64,000 nt of DNA from an uncultured Candidatus Rokubacteria bacterium (GTDB taxonomy: Bacteria > Methylomirabilota > Methylomirabilia > Rokubacteriales > CSP1-6). Positions 8,983-21,844 of this stretch are shown here, piece after piece. Position numbers and translations under genes: made by a program. Under the pieces are notes generated by a model. It saw nothing but the letters and a program-made list of their open reading frames with translations. It was not told the DNA's origin and did not search any database. The stretch covers positions 1,280,001 to 1,344,000 of the forward strand of contig CAVYTA010000006.1 of the NCBI GenBank assembly GCA_963771355.1. The letters are read 5' to 3'. Each line of letters begins with the position of its first letter. Position 1 is the first letter of the stretch.

Positions 8983-9587
8983 AGGCGGACGGGACCCTGC
9001 CGCAGGATGCGCGGCGGCCAGACGGTGCAGTCCGCGACGGTGGACCCGGCGCCCCCCGCGGTGGGCCCCCCGTCCAGGATGACGTCCACCAGCCCGGGGA
9101 GCCGCCGCGCCACCTCGTCCGCGTCGGACGACGGGGGCTCGCCGCTGGGATTCGCGGAGGTTCCGGTCAGCGCTCGCCTCGCCGCGCGCAGCAGCGCGAG
9201 CGTCACCGGATGGCCCGGCACGCGCACGCCCACCGTGCCCGTGCCCGCGGTGATCGCCGTCGGCACCGTCGGGCCCGCCGGCAGCACGAGGGTGAGCGGC
9301 CCCGGCCAGTGCCGCGCCATGAGGGCGCGCACCTCGGTGCCGGCCGCGGCGACCAGGCTCAGCGCGCGCTCCTCGGAGTCCACGAGGACGAGCACGGGAT
9401 TGGACTCCGCCCGGCCCTTGATGCGGAACACGCGGGCCACCGCCTCGGGATCGAGGGCGTCCGCGCCCAGCCCGTAGAAGCTCTCGGTAGGAAAGGCCAC
9501 GGTGCCGCCGGCCTTGAGGACCGCCGCGGCCGCGTCGAGCCCCGGGCCGTCCGGGTGCCGCGCGTCCACGCGGTGAACGGTGGTCAC
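8979..9587 (-). CDS. tsaC: L-threonylcarbamoyladenylate synthase (TsaC/YrdC)
   Basis: AFPTESFYGL, IKGR..NP, WPGPLT, GTSANPSG. Confidence 0.95.
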   Translation of the reverse strand: MTTVHRVDARHPDGPGLDAAAAVLKAGGTVAFPTESFYGLGADALDPEAVARVFRIKGRAESNPVLVLVDSEERALSLVAAAGTEVRALMARHWPGPLTLVLPAGPTVPTAITAGTGTVGVRVPGHPVTLALLRAARRALTGTSANPSGEPPSSDADEVARRLPGLVDVILDGGPTAGGAGSTVADCTVWPPRILRQGPVRL

Positions 9588-10855
9588 CGCTGCAGCGCCC
9601 TCCACGCGATGTCGCGGCGGTGATGCTTGCCGGTGAACTGGATGCGGTCCGCGGCCGCGTAGGCGGTGTCCACCGCGGCCCGCAGGTCGGGCCCCGTCGC
9701 GTGCACGCCCAGCACGCGGCCGCCCGCGGTGACGAGGGCGCCGTCGCGGCGCGCGGTGCCGGCGTGAAAGATCTCGACGCCGGGGAGCGCGGCCGCCGCC
9801 TCGACGCCGGTGATGGGGAGCCCCGTGTCGTAGCGGCCCGGATAGCCCCCCGAGGTGAGCACCACGCACACGGCCGCGTCGGGCTTCCAGGCGAGGGCGG
9901 CGGGCAACCCCTCGCCACGCGCCGCCGCGGCCAGGAGCGGGAGCAGGTCATCGGCCAGCCGCGGCATCACCACCTGGCACTCGGGATCGCCGAAGCGGCA
10001 GTTGAACTCGACCACGCGGGGCCCGTCAGAGCCGATCATCAGCCCGACGTAGAGGAAGCCCGTGAAGGGCGCGCCTTCCCTGGCCATGGCCGCCACCGTG
10101 GGGCGCACGATCTCGGCCATCACGCGCTCCGCCATCGCCGCGTCCAGGATGGGCGCGGGTGAGTAGGCGCCCATGCCGCCGGTATTGGGACCGCGGTCGT
10201 CGTCGAACACCGTCTTGTGGTCCTGGGCGCCGGCCAGCGGCAGGATGGCGGTCCCATCCGTGATCGCGAAGAAGGAGGCCTCCTCGCCCACCATGAACTC
10301 CTCCACCACCACGCTCGCCCCCGCCGCCCCGAAGGCCCCCGCCTCCAGACAGAGCGCCAGCGCCGCGTCCGCCTCCGGGAGCGTCCGGCAGATGCTCACG
10401 CCCTTGCCCGCGGCGAGCCCATCGGCCTTCACCACCAGCGGCACCCCCAGCTCGCGGCACCAGGCGCGCGCCGGCGCGAGGTCGGTGAACACACGATAGC
10501 GGGCGGTGGGGATGCGGTAGCGGGCCATGAGGTCCTTGGCGAAGGCCTTGCTGCTCTCGATCCGCGCCGCCGCCTGCGAGGGACCGAACACCGCCAGGCC
10601 GCGCGCGCGGAGCCGGTCCGCGAGGCCCAGCGAGAGCGGCAGCTCGGGTCCCACCACCGTCAAGTCCACCCGCTCGCGGAGCGCGAGATCGCATAGCGCC
10701 TCGACCCCGTCGTCCTTGATGGCGATGCAGCGGCCGTGGCGCTCGATGCCGGGGTTGCCCGGGGCGGCGATGAGCTCCGTGAGTCTGGGGCTCTGGGCGA
10801 GCTTCCAGGCCAGCGTGTGCTCGCGGCCGCCGCCGCCGACCAGCAGGACCTTCAT
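9584..10855 (-). CDS. purD: Phosphoribosylamine-glycine ligase
   Basis: GGGGREH, VKADGLAAGKGV, GPNTGGMGAY, EFNCRFGDPE. Confidence 0.98.
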   Translation of the reverse strand: MKVLLVGGGGREHTLAWKLAQSPRLTELIAAPGNPGIERHGRCIAIKDDGVEALCDLALRERVDLTVVGPELPLSLGLADRLRARGLAVFGPSQAAARIESSKAFAKDLMARYRIPTARYRVFTDLAPARAWCRELGVPLVVKADGLAAGKGVSICRTLPEADAALALCLEAGAFGAAGASVVVEEFMVGEEASFFAITDGTAILPLAGAQDHKTVFDDDRGPNTGGMGAYSPAPILDAAMAERVMAEIVRPTVAAMAREGAPFTGFLYVGLMIGSDGPRVVEFNCRFGDPECQVVMPRLADDLLPLLAAAARGEGLPAALAWKPDAAVCVVLTSGGYPGRYDTGLPITGVEAAAALPGVEIFHAGTARRDGALVTAGGRVLGVHATGPDLRAAVDTAYAAADRIQFTGKHHRRDIAWRALQR

Positions 10856-11817
10856 CGCTCCCGCTCGGGCTTGGCGGGCGCGCGCTCGACGGGCTCGTCC
10901 TCGTCGGGATCCGACTCGTCCAGCGCGGCCGGATCCGCGGTCTGCTCGAGGTGGGACCGCGCGATCTGGGACCAGGGGCTGCCCAGGTCCAGCTCGAGAT
11001 AGCGCCGCCAGTGGACGGCCGCGGCCTCGGCGCGTCCCACCTTGCCCAGCACGCCGGCGAGGTTGAAGTGCGCGTCGGCATAGTCCGGGTCCATCTCCAG
11101 CGCCCGCCGGTACCAGCTGACGGCGGCGGTGAAGTCGCCGAGATCTTCCTGCAGCGAGCCCAGGTTGAAGGCGGCCTGCGTGCACGTCTCGTCGGCGCCG
11201 AGCGCGGTGCGATAGCACTCCCCCGCCCGCTCGTAGTGCCCCATGCGGTGCTGGAGCAGCCCGAGGTTGTTCCACGCCGCCGCGTAGGCGGGGTCGATGG
11301 CGAGCACGCGCTCGTAGGCGTCCACCGCCGCCTCCCAGCGCTCCGGGTCGCCGTCCCACTCCGCCGCGCGCGCGAACCACACCTCGGCGGCGTCGCGGGG
11401 CGGGATGAGCGGGCGGACGCGGCCCCACGCCAGCGACTCTCGTGTCTCGCGCTCGAGCTCCAGCTCGGGAAAGTCCAGCAGCGCCTGCCCGGTACGGGCA
11501 TCGAAGCGGAGCTGCTCGTGGGCGACCACGATGCGCTGGCCTTCCACCAGGAGCCGCAGCTCGGCCAGCGGCGTCTCCGCGTTGGGCGCGAGCCGCCGGG
11601 CGCCCGCCAGCGCTTCGCGCACCCGGCGTACGCTCGCCCCCGCCTCCAGCAGCGCCGCCGCCACGCGGCACGCCACCAGCTCGCGGAACCGGTAGCCCAC
11701 GGACTCGACGCGGAGGAGGCCGAGCCGGCGGAGCTGGGCGGCGCGCTTGGGCGTGAGCCGCAGGAGCCGGGTCAGCTCCCGCAGGCTGAAGACGCGTTCC
11801 CGCTGGGGCTCGGCCAC
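10852..11817 (-). CDS. MerR-like HTH (DUF433-like) plus TPR-repeat protein
   Basis: N-terminal [10 protein letters not shown]...YRFRELV...GASVRRV helix-turn-helix; C-terminal TPRs ([21 protein letters not shown]). Confidence 0.85.
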   Translation of the reverse strand: MAEPQRERVFSLRELTRLLRLTPKRAAQLRRLGLLRVESVGYRFRELVACRVAAALLEAGASVRRVREALAGARRLAPNAETPLAELRLLVEGQRIVVAHEQLRFDARTGQALLDFPELELERETRESLAWGRVRPLIPPRDAAEVWFARAAEWDGDPERWEAAVDAYERVLAIDPAYAAAWNNLGLLQHRMGHYERAGECYRTALGADETCTQAAFNLGSLQEDLGDFTAAVSWYRRALEMDPDYADAHFNLAGVLGKVGRAEAAAVHWRRYLELDLGSPWSQIARSHLEQTADPAALDESDPDEDEPVERAPAKPERER

Positions 11818-11818
11818 G

Positions 11819-13416
<1,598 letters not shown>

Positions 13417-13420
<4 letters not shown>

Positions 13421-14049
13421 GCTCGCCCCTCCCCGAGAATTCGCACCCGCCGTCCCTCGATGTGGAGCCGTCCCTCCGCGAAGAGCCGGATCGCGTCCGG
13501 ATAGATCCGATGCTCCTCGGCGAGAATGCGCGCGGAGAGCGTCGCCTCGGTGTCGTCCGGGAGCACCGGCACCGCCGCCTGGAGCACGATGGGGCCGGTG
13601 TCGGTGCCCTCGTCCACGAAGTGCACGGTGGCACCCGCCACCGTCACCCCGTGCTCGAGCGCCTGGCGCTGCGCATGGAGCCCCGGAAAGGCGGGCAGCA
13701 GCGAGGGGTGGATGTTGAGGAGCCGGCCGCGGAAGTGCTCGACGAAGGCGGTCCCGAGGATGCGCATGTAGCCCGCCAGGCACACCAGGCCCACCTGCCG
13801 CGACTCCAGGCGCTCGATGAGGGCCTTGTCATGCGCCTCGCGGCCCGGATGCTCCCGGGGCTCCACCACGTCCGCCGCGATGCCATGCGCCCGCGCGATC
13901 TCCAGCGCCCCCGCCTCTCCCCGATCCGAGAGGAGGAGGACGATCTCCGCGGGAATGCGTCCCTCCGCGGCGGCCGCCACCATGGCCTGGAAGTTCGACC
14001 CGCGCCCCGACGCCAGCACCCCCACCCGCAGCCGCGCGCGCTCAGGCAT
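13417..14049 (-). CDS. purN: Phosphoribosylglycinamide formyltransferase
   Basis: [35 protein letters not shown]. Confidence 0.98.
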
Positions 14050-15070
14050 AGCGGACTCCTCGCGGGCCGGCCTCGATCTCGCCCACCTCGAACACCGACT
14101 CGCCCGCCCCGCGCAGGAGGGCCCGCGCCCCGTCGGCGTCCTCGGCGCGCACCACCACCAGATAGCCCACGCCCATGTTGAAGGTACGCCGCATCTCGTC
14201 CTCGTCCAGATGGGCCGCCTCCTGGATCACCCGGAACACCCGCGGCAGGGGCCACCCCGCGGGCCGGATCACCGCGCGGCAGCCCTCCGGCAGCACGCGC
14301 GGCAGATTCTCGGTGATGCCGCCGCCCGTCACGTGCGCCATGGCGCGGACCGGCAGCGCGCGCAGCAGCGCGAGGATGGACTTCACGTAGATGCGCGTGG
14401 GGCTCAGGAGCTCGTCAGCCACGCTGCGCCCGGTGCCGGGAAAGGCGTCGCCGATCTCGAGGCCGAGCCGCTCGAAGACCACCCGGCGGGCGAGCGAGTA
14501 GCCGTTGCTGTGCAGCCCCGAGGAAGCCAGCCCGAGCACGCGATCGCCCGGCTTGACCTCCTCGCCGGTGACGATGCGGCTCCGCTCCACCACGCCCACC
14601 GCGAAGCCCGCCAGGTCGTACTCGCCCGGCGCGTAGAAGTCCGGCATCTCCGCGGTCTCGCCCCCCACCAGCGCGCAGCCCGCCTGGAGGCAGCCCGCCG
14701 CGATCCCGGCCACGATGGCCTCCACCCGGGCAGGCTCGACCCGATGCATCGCGAGGTAGTCGAGGAAATAGAAGGGCTCCGCGCCGTGGACCAGGAGGTC
14801 GTTGACCCCCATGGCTACCAGGTCGATCCCCACCGTGTCGTGGCGGTCGGTGAGGAAGGCCACCTTGAGCTTCGATCCCACGCCGTCGGTGGACGACACC
14901 AGCACCGGCTCGCGGTAACCCGCGGGGATGGCGCAGAAGGCCGCGAAGGACCCGATGCCGCCCAGCACCTCGGGACGCCGGGTGCGCGCGGCGAGCCCGG
15001 CGATGCGGCGGACCGCCTCGTCCCCGGCCTGGATGTCCACGCCAGCGGCCCGGTAGGTGAGCGGATCCAC
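14042..15070 (-). CDS. purM: AIR synthase
   Basis: TYRAAGVD, TDGVGSK, GGETAEMP, SSGLHSNGYS, TFNMGVG; start codon uncertain. Confidence 0.97.
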   Translation of the reverse strand: MDPLTYRAAGVDIQAGDEAVRRIAGLAARTRRPEVLGGIGSFAAFCAIPAGYREPVLVSSTDGVGSKLKVAFLTDRHDTVGIDLVAMGVNDLLVHGAEPFYFLDYLAMHRVEPARVEAIVAGIAAGCLQAGCALVGGETAEMPDFYAPGEYDLAGFAVGVVERSRIVTGEEVKPGDRVLGLASSGLHSNGYSLARRVVFERLGLEIGDAFPGTGRSVADELLSPTRIYVKSILALLRALPVRAMAHVTGGGITENLPRVLPEGCRAVIRPAGWPLPRVFRVIQEAAHLDEDEMRRTFNMGVGYLVVVRAEDADGARALLRGAGESVFEVGEIEAGPRGVRYA

Positions 15071-15081
15071 GGTGGCGTCGC

Positions 15082-16515
15082 TCAGGAGTCGAACAGCTTG
15101 AGCTGCGAGGCGTCCGGCTGCTCGAAGCCGACCTTGTACTGGCCGGTGAAGCACGCATGGCAGAAGTGGTTCGGGTCATTGCCCGCCGCCTTCAGCATGC
15201 CCTCGAGCGAGAGGTAGCCCAGGGTATCCGCGCCGAGATAGCGCTGGATCTCCGCCACGTCGTGACTGGCGCCGATCAGCTCCTTCCGGGTCGGGGTGTC
15301 GATTCCGTAGTAGCACGGCCACTGGATGGGCGGCGAGGAGATGCGCATGTGCACCTCGCGCGCGCCCGCGGACCGGATCATCCGCACGATCTTCCGGCTG
15401 GTGGTGCCGCGAACGATGGAGTCGTCGATGACCACCACCCGCTTGCCGGCGAGCACCTCGCGGTTCGGATTGAGCTTCACCTTCACGCCGAAGTGCCGGA
15501 TGCCCTGGCTGGGCTCGATGAAGGTGCGGCCCACGTAGTGGTTGCGGACGAGGCCGCTGTCATAGGGGAGGCCGGACTCCTCCGCGTAGCCCAGCGCCGC
15601 ACCCACCCCGGAGTCGGGTACCGCGATGACGAGATCCGCCTCCACCGGGTACTCGCGGGCCAGCTGGTGGCCGAGCGCCTTGCGGACGGTGTGCACGTTG
15701 CGCCCCCACAGCATGGAGTCGGGCCGCGCGAAGTACACGTACTCGAACACGCACTGCAGCCGCTCGGCGGGCCGGAAGGGCTTGAAGCTGGTCACGCCCC
15801 GATCGTCGATGATGACCATCTCGCCGGGCTCCACGTCGCGCACGAACTCTGCCTCCATGAGGTCCAGCGCGCAGGTCTCGGAGGCGAGCACCCAGGCCTC
15901 GCCCAGCCGCCCGAGCGACAGCGGCCGGAAGCCGGCGGGATCCCGGACGCCGACCATGCGGTCGGGCGTGAGCACGAGGAGCGTGAAGGCGCCCTTGACT
16001 CGCTTGAGCGCGCGCGGCAGCTGGTCCACCAGGCTCGCCCCCTCGGCGCGGGCCAGCAGGTGGATGATCACCTCGGTGTCGGAAGTGGACTGGAACACGG
16101 CGCCGTCCCGCTCCAGGCTCTGGCGCAGCTCCTCGGCATTGACGAGGTTGCCGTTGTGTCCGATGGCCACCGGGCCATGCGCGGTCTGGGCGCTGATGGG
16201 CTGGGCGTTGCGGAGGTTCGAGGAGCCCGCGGTGGAGTAACGGACGTGGCCGATGGCGCGGTTGCCGGGCAGGCGCTTGAGACGATCACGGCTGAACACG
16301 TCGGCCACCCAGCCCATGGCCTTCTCCACGTGGAAGGCATGGCCGTCGGTGGCGGCGATGCCCGCCGACTCCTGGCCGCGGTGCTGCAGCGAGTAGAGCC
16401 CGAGATAGGTGACGTTGGCGGCTTCGGCGTGGTTCCACACGCCGAAGAGCCCGCACTCGTCGTGGAACTTGTCGTCCAGCTCGAAGCCGGGTGCGTCAGG
16501 CAACAGATCGCGCAA
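15082..16515 (-). CDS. purF: Amidophosphoribosyltransferase
   Basis: DECGLFG propeptide cleavage site, [29 protein letters not shown] 7 nt before a TTG start. Confidence 0.98.
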   Translation of the reverse strand: MRDLLPDAPGFELDDKFHDECGLFGVWNHAEAANVTYLGLYSLQHRGQESAGIAATDGHAFHVEKAMGWVADVFSRDRLKRLPGNRAIGHVRYSTAGSSNLRNAQPISAQTAHGPVAIGHNGNLVNAEELRQSLERDGAVFQSTSDTEVIIHLLARAEGASLVDQLPRALKRVKGAFTLLVLTPDRMVGVRDPAGFRPLSLGRLGEAWVLASETCALDLMEAEFVRDVEPGEMVIIDDRGVTSFKPFRPAERLQCVFEYVYFARPDSMLWGRNVHTVRKALGHQLAREYPVEADLVIAVPDSGVGAALGYAEESGLPYDSGLVRNHYVGRTFIEPSQGIRHFGVKVKLNPNREVLAGKRVVVIDDSIVRGTTSRKIVRMIRSAGAREVHMRISSPPIQWPCYYGIDTPTRKELIGASHDVAEIQRYLGADTLGYLSLEGMLKAAGNDPNHFCHACFTGQYKVGFEQPDASQLKLFDS

Positions 16516-18739
16516 ACCCGCTCCTCCACTCGTGGCCGAGTCGCTCCACCGTCAGGTCCACCAGAGGGGTCTCGCCCCGGCGCACGACGAGCCGGTCGCC
16601 CCCCACCCTCCCGATCCAGCGCCACGGCACCGCGAACTCCCGCAGGAGCGCCTCGAAGGCCCGCGCCGCGGAGGCCGGCACCGACGCCACGATGCGCGAG
16701 GGCCCTTCTCCGAACAGCGCCAGGTCATCCCGGTCCCCGCCCGCGGGCAAGTCCAGCACGGCGCCGATGGGCGCCGGTCCGCTCACGCAGCACTCCGCCA
16801 CCGTCACCGCGAGCCCTCCCTCGGCACAGTCATGCGCGGACCGCACGAGGCGTCCCTCGATGGCGGCGCGGCAGGCCTCCTGCACCGCGCGCTCCACGTC
16901 GAGGTCGAGCGGAGCCAGCCGTCCCGCCACCCGCCGGTGCAGCGCCCAGAGATACTCGGAGCCGCCCAGGCTCACCGCGTCGGGCCCGATCAGGGCAATA
17001 CGGTCCCCCGCCTCCTGGAACCACTGGGTGCCGCGCGCTTCCGCGTCCTCGATCAGGCCGGCCATCCCGATCACCGGGGTGGGCAGGATCGCCTGCCCGA
17101 GAGTCTCATTGTAGAAGGAGACATTGCCGCCTACCACCGGGATCTCGAGGGCCCGGCAGGCCTCGGCGATACCTCCCACCGCTTCCTTGAACTGCCAGAG
17201 GATCTCGGGCCGCTCCGGCGAGCCGAAGTTGAGGCAGTCGGTGAGGCCCAGGGGCCGCGCACCGGACACGGCGAGGTTGCGGGCGGCCTCCGCCACCGCC
17301 ATCGCGGCGCCCCGGCGGGGATCGAGATAGACCTGGCGGGCATTGCCGTCGGTGGTGACCGCCACCGCCTTGCCGGTGCCCTTGATGCGCAGGATCCCCG
17401 CGTCGGAGCCGGGCATGACCACGGTGTTGAGCCCGACCTGGGTATCGTACTGCCGGTACACCCAGAGCTTGGACGCGATGGCGGGCGAGCCCGCGAGGGC
17501 CAGCAGCGCCCCCTCCGGCTCCGCCGCGGGCAGGGACAGCGGATCGAAGGCCTCGAGCGCGTCTTGCCAGTCCGGGCGCGCGGTGGGCTTCTCGTAGACC
17601 GGCGCCTCGTCGGCCAGCGCCTTCACCGGCACCTCCGCCACGATCTCCCCGTGCATGCGCGCGCGCAGGATCCCGTCGCCGGTGACGCGGCCGATCTCCA
17701 CCGCGTCCAGTTCCCACTTGGCGAAGACCCCGCGGATCTCCGCCTCGCGCCCGCGCGCGCAGACGAGCAGCATGCGCTCCTGCGACTCCGAGAGCATGAT
17801 CTCGTAGGGCGTCATCCCCCGCTCGCGCTGGGGCACGCGATCGAGGTCCACCTCCATCCCCGTCCCCGCGCGGGCCGGCATCTCCGAACAGGCGCAGGCC
17901 AGGCCCGCCGCCCCCATGTCCTGGATGCCCACGATGGCGCCGGTGGCCATGGCCTCGAGGCAGGCCTCGAGGAGAAGCTTCTCCGTGAAGGGATCGCCCA
18001 CCTGCACGGTGGGACGCCGCTCGGCCGCGCCCTCGTCGAAGGTGGCCGACGCCATGGTGGCGCCGTGGATGCCGTCGCGTCCCGTCTTGGCTCCGACGTA
18101 GAAGACGGGGTTGCCGACGCCTTCCGCGCGCGCCCGGAAGATCCGGTCCGTGGCCACCAGCCCGACCGCCATGGCGTTGACGAGCGGGTTGCCCGCGTAC
18201 TCGGGGGCGAAGCCGACCTCGCCGCCCAGGTTCGGCACGCCGAAGCAGTTGCCGTACCACGAGATTCCCGAGACCACGCCCTCGAGAAGGTGTCGCGCCT
18301 TGGGATCGTCCGGCGGCGCGAACCGCAGCGAGTCCAGGATGGCAATGGGCCGCGCGCCCATGGTGAAGATGTCGCGCAGGATGCCGCCCACGCCGGTGGC
18401 GGCGCCCTGGAAGGGCTCGATAAACGAGGGGTGGTTGTGGCTCTCGATCTTGAAGGTCAGCGCGAGCCCGCCTCCCAGGTCCACGATACCGGCGTTCTCG
18501 CCGGGGCCCTGCAGCACCTGCGGGCCCTGGGTGGGGAGCTCACGCAGGAAGACGCGCGAGTGCTTGTAGGCACAGTGCTCGGACCAGAGCGCGGAGAAAA
18601 GGCCCAGCTCGGTGAAGCGCGGCTCGCGACCGAGCCGGCGAATGATGCGGTCGTACTCCTCGGCGGTGAGGCCGTGGCTGAGGGCGAGCTCTTGCGTGAC
18701 CTTAGGCTCGGTGCCGGTCACCCGCTCGGCCCCGGTCAC
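16496..18739 (-). CDS. purL: FGAM synthase subunit PurL
   Basis: [36 protein letters not shown]. Confidence 0.98.
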   Translation of the reverse strand: MTGAERVTGTEPKVTQELALSHGLTAEEYDRIIRRLGREPRFTELGLFSALWSEHCAYKHSRVFLRELPTQGPQVLQGPGENAGIVDLGGGLALTFKIESHNHPSFIEPFQGAATGVGGILRDIFTMGARPIAILDSLRFAPPDDPKARHLLEGVVSGISWYGNCFGVPNLGGEVGFAPEYAGNPLVNAMAVGLVATDRIFRARAEGVGNPVFYVGAKTGRDGIHGATMASATFDEGAAERRPTVQVGDPFTEKLLLEACLEAMATGAIVGIQDMGAAGLACACSEMPARAGTGMEVDLDRVPQRERGMTPYEIMLSESQERMLLVCARGREAEIRGVFAKWELDAVEIGRVTGDGILRARMHGEIVAEVPVKALADEAPVYEKPTARPDWQDALEAFDPLSLPAAEPEGALLALAGSPAIASKLWVYRQYDTQVGLNTVVMPGSDAGILRIKGTGKAVAVTTDGNARQVYLDPRRGAAMAVAEAARNLAVSGARPLGLTDCLNFGSPERPEILWQFKEAVGGIAEACRALEIPVVGGNVSFYNETLGQAILPTPVIGMAGLIEDAEARGTQWFQEAGDRIALIGPDAVSLGGSEYLWALHRRVAGRLAPLDLDVERAVQEACRAAIEGRLVRSAHDCAEGGLAVTVAECCVSGPAPIGAVLDLPAGGDRDDLALFGEGPSRIVASVPASAARAFEALLREFAVPWRWIGRVGGDRLVVRRGETPLVDLTVERLGHEWRSGFARSVA

Positions 18740-18767
18740 CCCGTCCCCACTTCACCCCGCCTCCGTC

Positions 18768-19481
18768 CTACCGCTTGAGAAACGTCCCGTCCTCGACCAG
18801 GCTGGCGAGGAGGGAATGGAAGATGGCGAGCCCGTCGATGCCGCCCACCGCCTTCTCGGCGGCGCGCTCCGGATGGGGCATCAGACCGAGCACCGTTCCC
18901 TCTTCGTTGACGAGCCCCGCGATATTGTCGAGCGAGCCGTTGGGGTTGGCGTCCTTGGTGAGGCGCCCGTCCTCCTCGCAGTAGCGGAAAACAATCTGCG
19001 ACTTCTCACGCAAAGACCGCAGGGTGGGGCCGTCGCAGTAGTACTTTCCCTCGCCGTGCGAGATCGGCATCTTCAGGACCTGACCGGGGCGCGCGGCCCG
19101 TGTGAAGGCCGTCTCGGCGTTGTCCACGCGGACGTGCACGTACTGGCAGCGGTACTGAAGCGAGTCATTCCGCGTCAGCGCGCCCGGCAGGAGCCGGGAC
19201 TCGCACAGGATCTGGAAGCCGTTGCAGGAGCCTAGCACCAGCCCGCCCCGCGCCACGAACTCCGGTAGAGCCTCGACGACGGGGGAGCGGCCGGCCACCG
19301 CGCCGGCGCGAAGATAGTCGCCGTAGGAGAAGCCGCCCGGGAGCACCACGCAATCGTACCCGGTGAGATTCGCCTCCCGATGCCAGATGTAGCTGACGGG
19401 CTGGCGGAGTACTTCGCTGATCACATAGTGGAAGTCGCAGTCACTCCACGTGCCCGGGAAGACCACCACACCGAATCTCAT
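18768..19481 (-). CDS. purQ: FGAM synthase glutaminase subunit PurQ
   Basis: PGGFSYGDYLRAG, GSCNGFQ, NPNGS, MPHPER. Confidence 0.97.
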   Translation of the reverse strand: MRFGVVVFPGTWSDCDFHYVISEVLRQPVSYIWHREANLTGYDCVVLPGGFSYGDYLRAGAVAGRSPVVEALPEFVARGGLVLGSCNGFQILCESRLLPGALTRNDSLQYRCQYVHVRVDNAETAFTRAARPGQVLKMPISHGEGKYYCDGPTLRSLREKSQIVFRYCEEDGRLTKDANPNGSLDNIAGLVNEEGTVLGLMPHPERAAEKAVGGIDGLAIFHSLLASLVEDGTFLKR

Positions 19482-19503
19482 GGGAGTTGGTTGCTCCTCC
19501 TTT

Positions 19504-19547
19504 GTTGACCGCAGGTCCACTCTAACCCGTGCCTGCGCTTCTGGCAA
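19504..19547 (-). promoter_or_regulatory. Internal sigma70 promoter upstream of purQ, with an operator-like palindrome
   Basis: TTGCCA-17 nt-TAGAGT (19547-19519); near-palindrome GTGGACC-tgc-GGTCAAC at 19520-19504; RBS AAAGGAGG. Confidence 0.6.
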
Positions 19548-19576
19548 GCGCCGACGCGCGCTTCCGGCGCGGCGGC

Positions 19577-19825
19577 TCAGTTTTCGGGGAGGATCTCGAC
19601 CGTGAAGTCCTCGGTGACGGGGTTGGCGAGGAGCCGCGCGCACATCTCCTCGATGCGGCCGCGCGCCCCGGCCGGGTCCGGCGCGTCGAGCTCCACCTCC
19701 AGCACCTTCCCCACGCGCAGGTCACGCACCTCGCCGAAGCCGAGGCCCTCGAGCGCCCGCTTCACCGAGGTCCCCTGCACGTCGAGAATGCCCGACTTGA
19801 GACGGACGAGAACGCGCGCTTTCAC
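19577..19825 (-). CDS. purS: FGAM synthase subunit PurS
   Basis: LKSGILDVQG, VGK, LLANPVTEDF. Confidence 0.96.
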   Translation of the reverse strand: MKARVLVRLKSGILDVQGTSVKRALEGLGFGEVRDLRVGKVLEVELDAPDPAGARGRIEEMCARLLANPVTEDFTVEILPEN

Positions 19826-20532
19826 TTTCCCGCCGCGAGCCTACGGTAGACTTCCTGATACGCTTCCTCCACCCCACCGAGGTCCTGGCGGAAGCGATCC
19901 TTGTCGAGCTTCTCTCGCGTCTCGGCATCCCACAGCCGGCAGGTGTCGGGGCTGATCTCGTCGCCTAGCATGAGCTTGCCGCCCGCCCGCCCGAACTCGA
20001 GCTTGAAGTCCACCAGCAGAAGCGCCTTCCGCGCCAGGTAGGGCCGCAGGACGGCATTGATCTTGAGCGCGGTGCGGCGGATCCAGGCGAGCTCCTTGGG
20101 GGTGGCCAGCTTGAGCATGCGCACGTGGTCGTCGTTGATCATCGGGTCGCCGAGGGGGTCGGACTTGAGGTAGAGCTCGACGATGGGCGGCCGCACCGGG
20201 GTGCCCTCGGCCAGACCCGTGCGCTTGGCCAGGCTCCCCGCCACCACGTTGCGGACGATGGTCTCGATCTTGATGATGTCGAGCCGCCGGCAGAGCATCT
20301 CGCGGTCCGACAGCCGGGAGACGAAGTGGGTGGGGATCCGCGCCTTGCCCAGGCGCTCGAAGAGCAGGGCGGACATGCGGTTGTTCACCACGCCCTTGCC
20401 CAGGATGGTGCCACGCTTCAAGGCATTGAAGGCAGTGGCGTCGTCCTTGAAGTACTGGATGACGAGGCCCGGCGTGTCGGTGGTGTAGACGATCTTGGCC
20501 TTGCCCTCGTAGATCTTGTCGCGCTTTTCCAT
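19822..20532 (-). CDS. purC: SAICAR synthase
   Basis: YEGKAK, FKDDATAF, LVDFKLEFG, DEISPDTCRLWD, LDKDRFR. Confidence 0.98.
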   Translation of the reverse strand: MEKRDKIYEGKAKIVYTTDTPGLVIQYFKDDATAFNALKRGTILGKGVVNNRMSALLFERLGKARIPTHFVSRLSDREMLCRRLDIIKIETIVRNVVAGSLAKRTGLAEGTPVRPPIVELYLKSDPLGDPMINDDHVRMLKLATPKELAWIRRTALKINAVLRPYLARKALLLVDFKLEFGRAGGKLMLGDEISPDTCRLWDAETREKLDKDRFRQDLGGVEEAYQEVYRRLAAGK

Positions 20533-20546
20533 GGGGAGCCCCGCGG

Positions 20547-21842
20547 TCAAAGGAGATGCAGGCGGCGGTAGATGGCGTCCACGTTCCGCAGGTACCACGT
20601 GGGGTCGAAGCACTCGGCGAGCGCGGCAGAGGGCAGGCGCGCCGTCACCTCGGGGTCGGAGGCCAGGAGCTCGCGGAAGGACGTCCGCTCGCTCCACGCG
20701 CGCATGGCGTTCCGCTGGACGAGCTCGTAGGCCTGCTGGCGGGGCAGGCCGGTCTCGGTGAGGCGGAGAAGCACCCGCTGGGAGTACATGAGGCCGAAGC
20801 TCCGCTCCATGTTCTCCCGCATGCGCTCCGGGTACACGCGCAGGCCCTCGAGAATGTCCGACATCCGGTGGAGCATGTAGTCCAGCAGGATGGTGGAGTC
20901 GGGGAGGATCACCCGCTCCACCGAGGAGTGGCTGATGTCCCGCTCGTGCCAGAGGGCCACGTTCTCCAGCGCGGCCCCGGCATTGCTGCGGAGGAGGCGG
21001 GCGAGCCCGGTGACGTTCTCCGACCCCACCGGGTTGCGCTTGTGGGGCATGGCGCTACTGCCCTTCTGCCCTTCCGCGAACGGCTCCTCCGCCTCGCCGA
21101 TCTCCGTCCGCTGCAGCGAGCGGATCTCCACCGCCACCTTCTCCAGCGAAGCAGCGACGATGGCCAGGGTGGTCATGAGCTCTGCGTGCCGGTCACGCTG
21201 GACGATCTGGCTCGACACCGGCGCCGGCTCGAGCCCCAGGAGGTGGCACGCCTCCTCCTCCACGTCCGGCTCGATGTGGGCGAAGGTCCCCACCGCGCCG
21301 GAGATCTTCCCCACGCGCACCGTCTCCCGGGCGCGGCGCAACCGCTCGAGGTTGCGGCCCGCCTCCGCGTACCAGAGCGCGGCCTTGAGACCGAACGTCA
21401 TGGGCTCGGCGTGGATGCCGTGACTCCGGCCCACGCAGAGGGTGTGCCGGTGGGTGAGGGCGAGCGCACGCACGGCGGCGCGGAAGCGCTCGAGCCCCGC
21501 GAGGAGGATCTCGCACGCCTGCTGGAGCTGCAGGGCGAGCGCGGTGTCCAGCACGTCCGACGAGGTCATCCCGATGTGGACGTACCGGGAATCCGCGCCG
21601 ATGGCCTCCTCGAGGTTGGTGAGGAAGGCGATGACGTCGTGGCGGGTGGTGGCCTCGATCTCCTCTATTCGATGGGGGTCGACCTTGGCTTGGGCCTTGA
21701 TCCGATTGAGCGCGTCGCCGGGAATGACGCCCCGGCGCCCGTAGACCTCGCAGACGGCCAGCTCCACCCGGAGCCAGTTATCGTACTTGGCCTCCTGGCT
21801 CCAGATCCGGGCCATCTCCGGACGTGAGTAGCGCTCGATCAT
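20547..21842 (-). CDS. purB: Adenylosuccinate lyase
   Basis: MIERYSR, GRSHGIHAEP, GSSAMPHKRNP, WHERDISHSS. Confidence 0.98.
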   Translation of the reverse strand: MIERYSRPEMARIWSQEAKYDNWLRVELAVCEVYGRRGVIPGDALNRIKAQAKVDPHRIEEIEATTRHDVIAFLTNLEEAIGADSRYVHIGMTSSDVLDTALALQLQQACEILLAGLERFRAAVRALALTHRHTLCVGRSHGIHAEPMTFGLKAALWYAEAGRNLERLRRARETVRVGKISGAVGTFAHIEPDVEEEACHLLGLEPAPVSSQIVQRDRHAELMTTLAIVAASLEKVAVEIRSLQRTEIGEAEEPFAEGQKGSSAMPHKRNPVGSENVTGLARLLRSNAGAALENVALWHERDISHSSVERVILPDSTILLDYMLHRMSDILEGLRVYPERMRENMERSFGLMYSQRVLLRLTETGLPRQQAYELVQRNAMRAWSERTSFRELLASDPEVTARLPSAALAECFDPTWYLRNVDAIYRRLHLL

Positions 21843-21844
21843 GG

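Noticed and set aside
18704..18739. Imperfect 18-nt duplication at the purL start ([12 protein letters not shown])
   Set aside because: It only creates two alternative GTG starts; no further structure seen.
19430..19481. PurQ motif PGTWSD instead of the common PGSNCD as loss of function
   Set aside because: The catalytic Cys (GSCNG) and His-Pro-Glu are intact, so this is likely a lineage variant.
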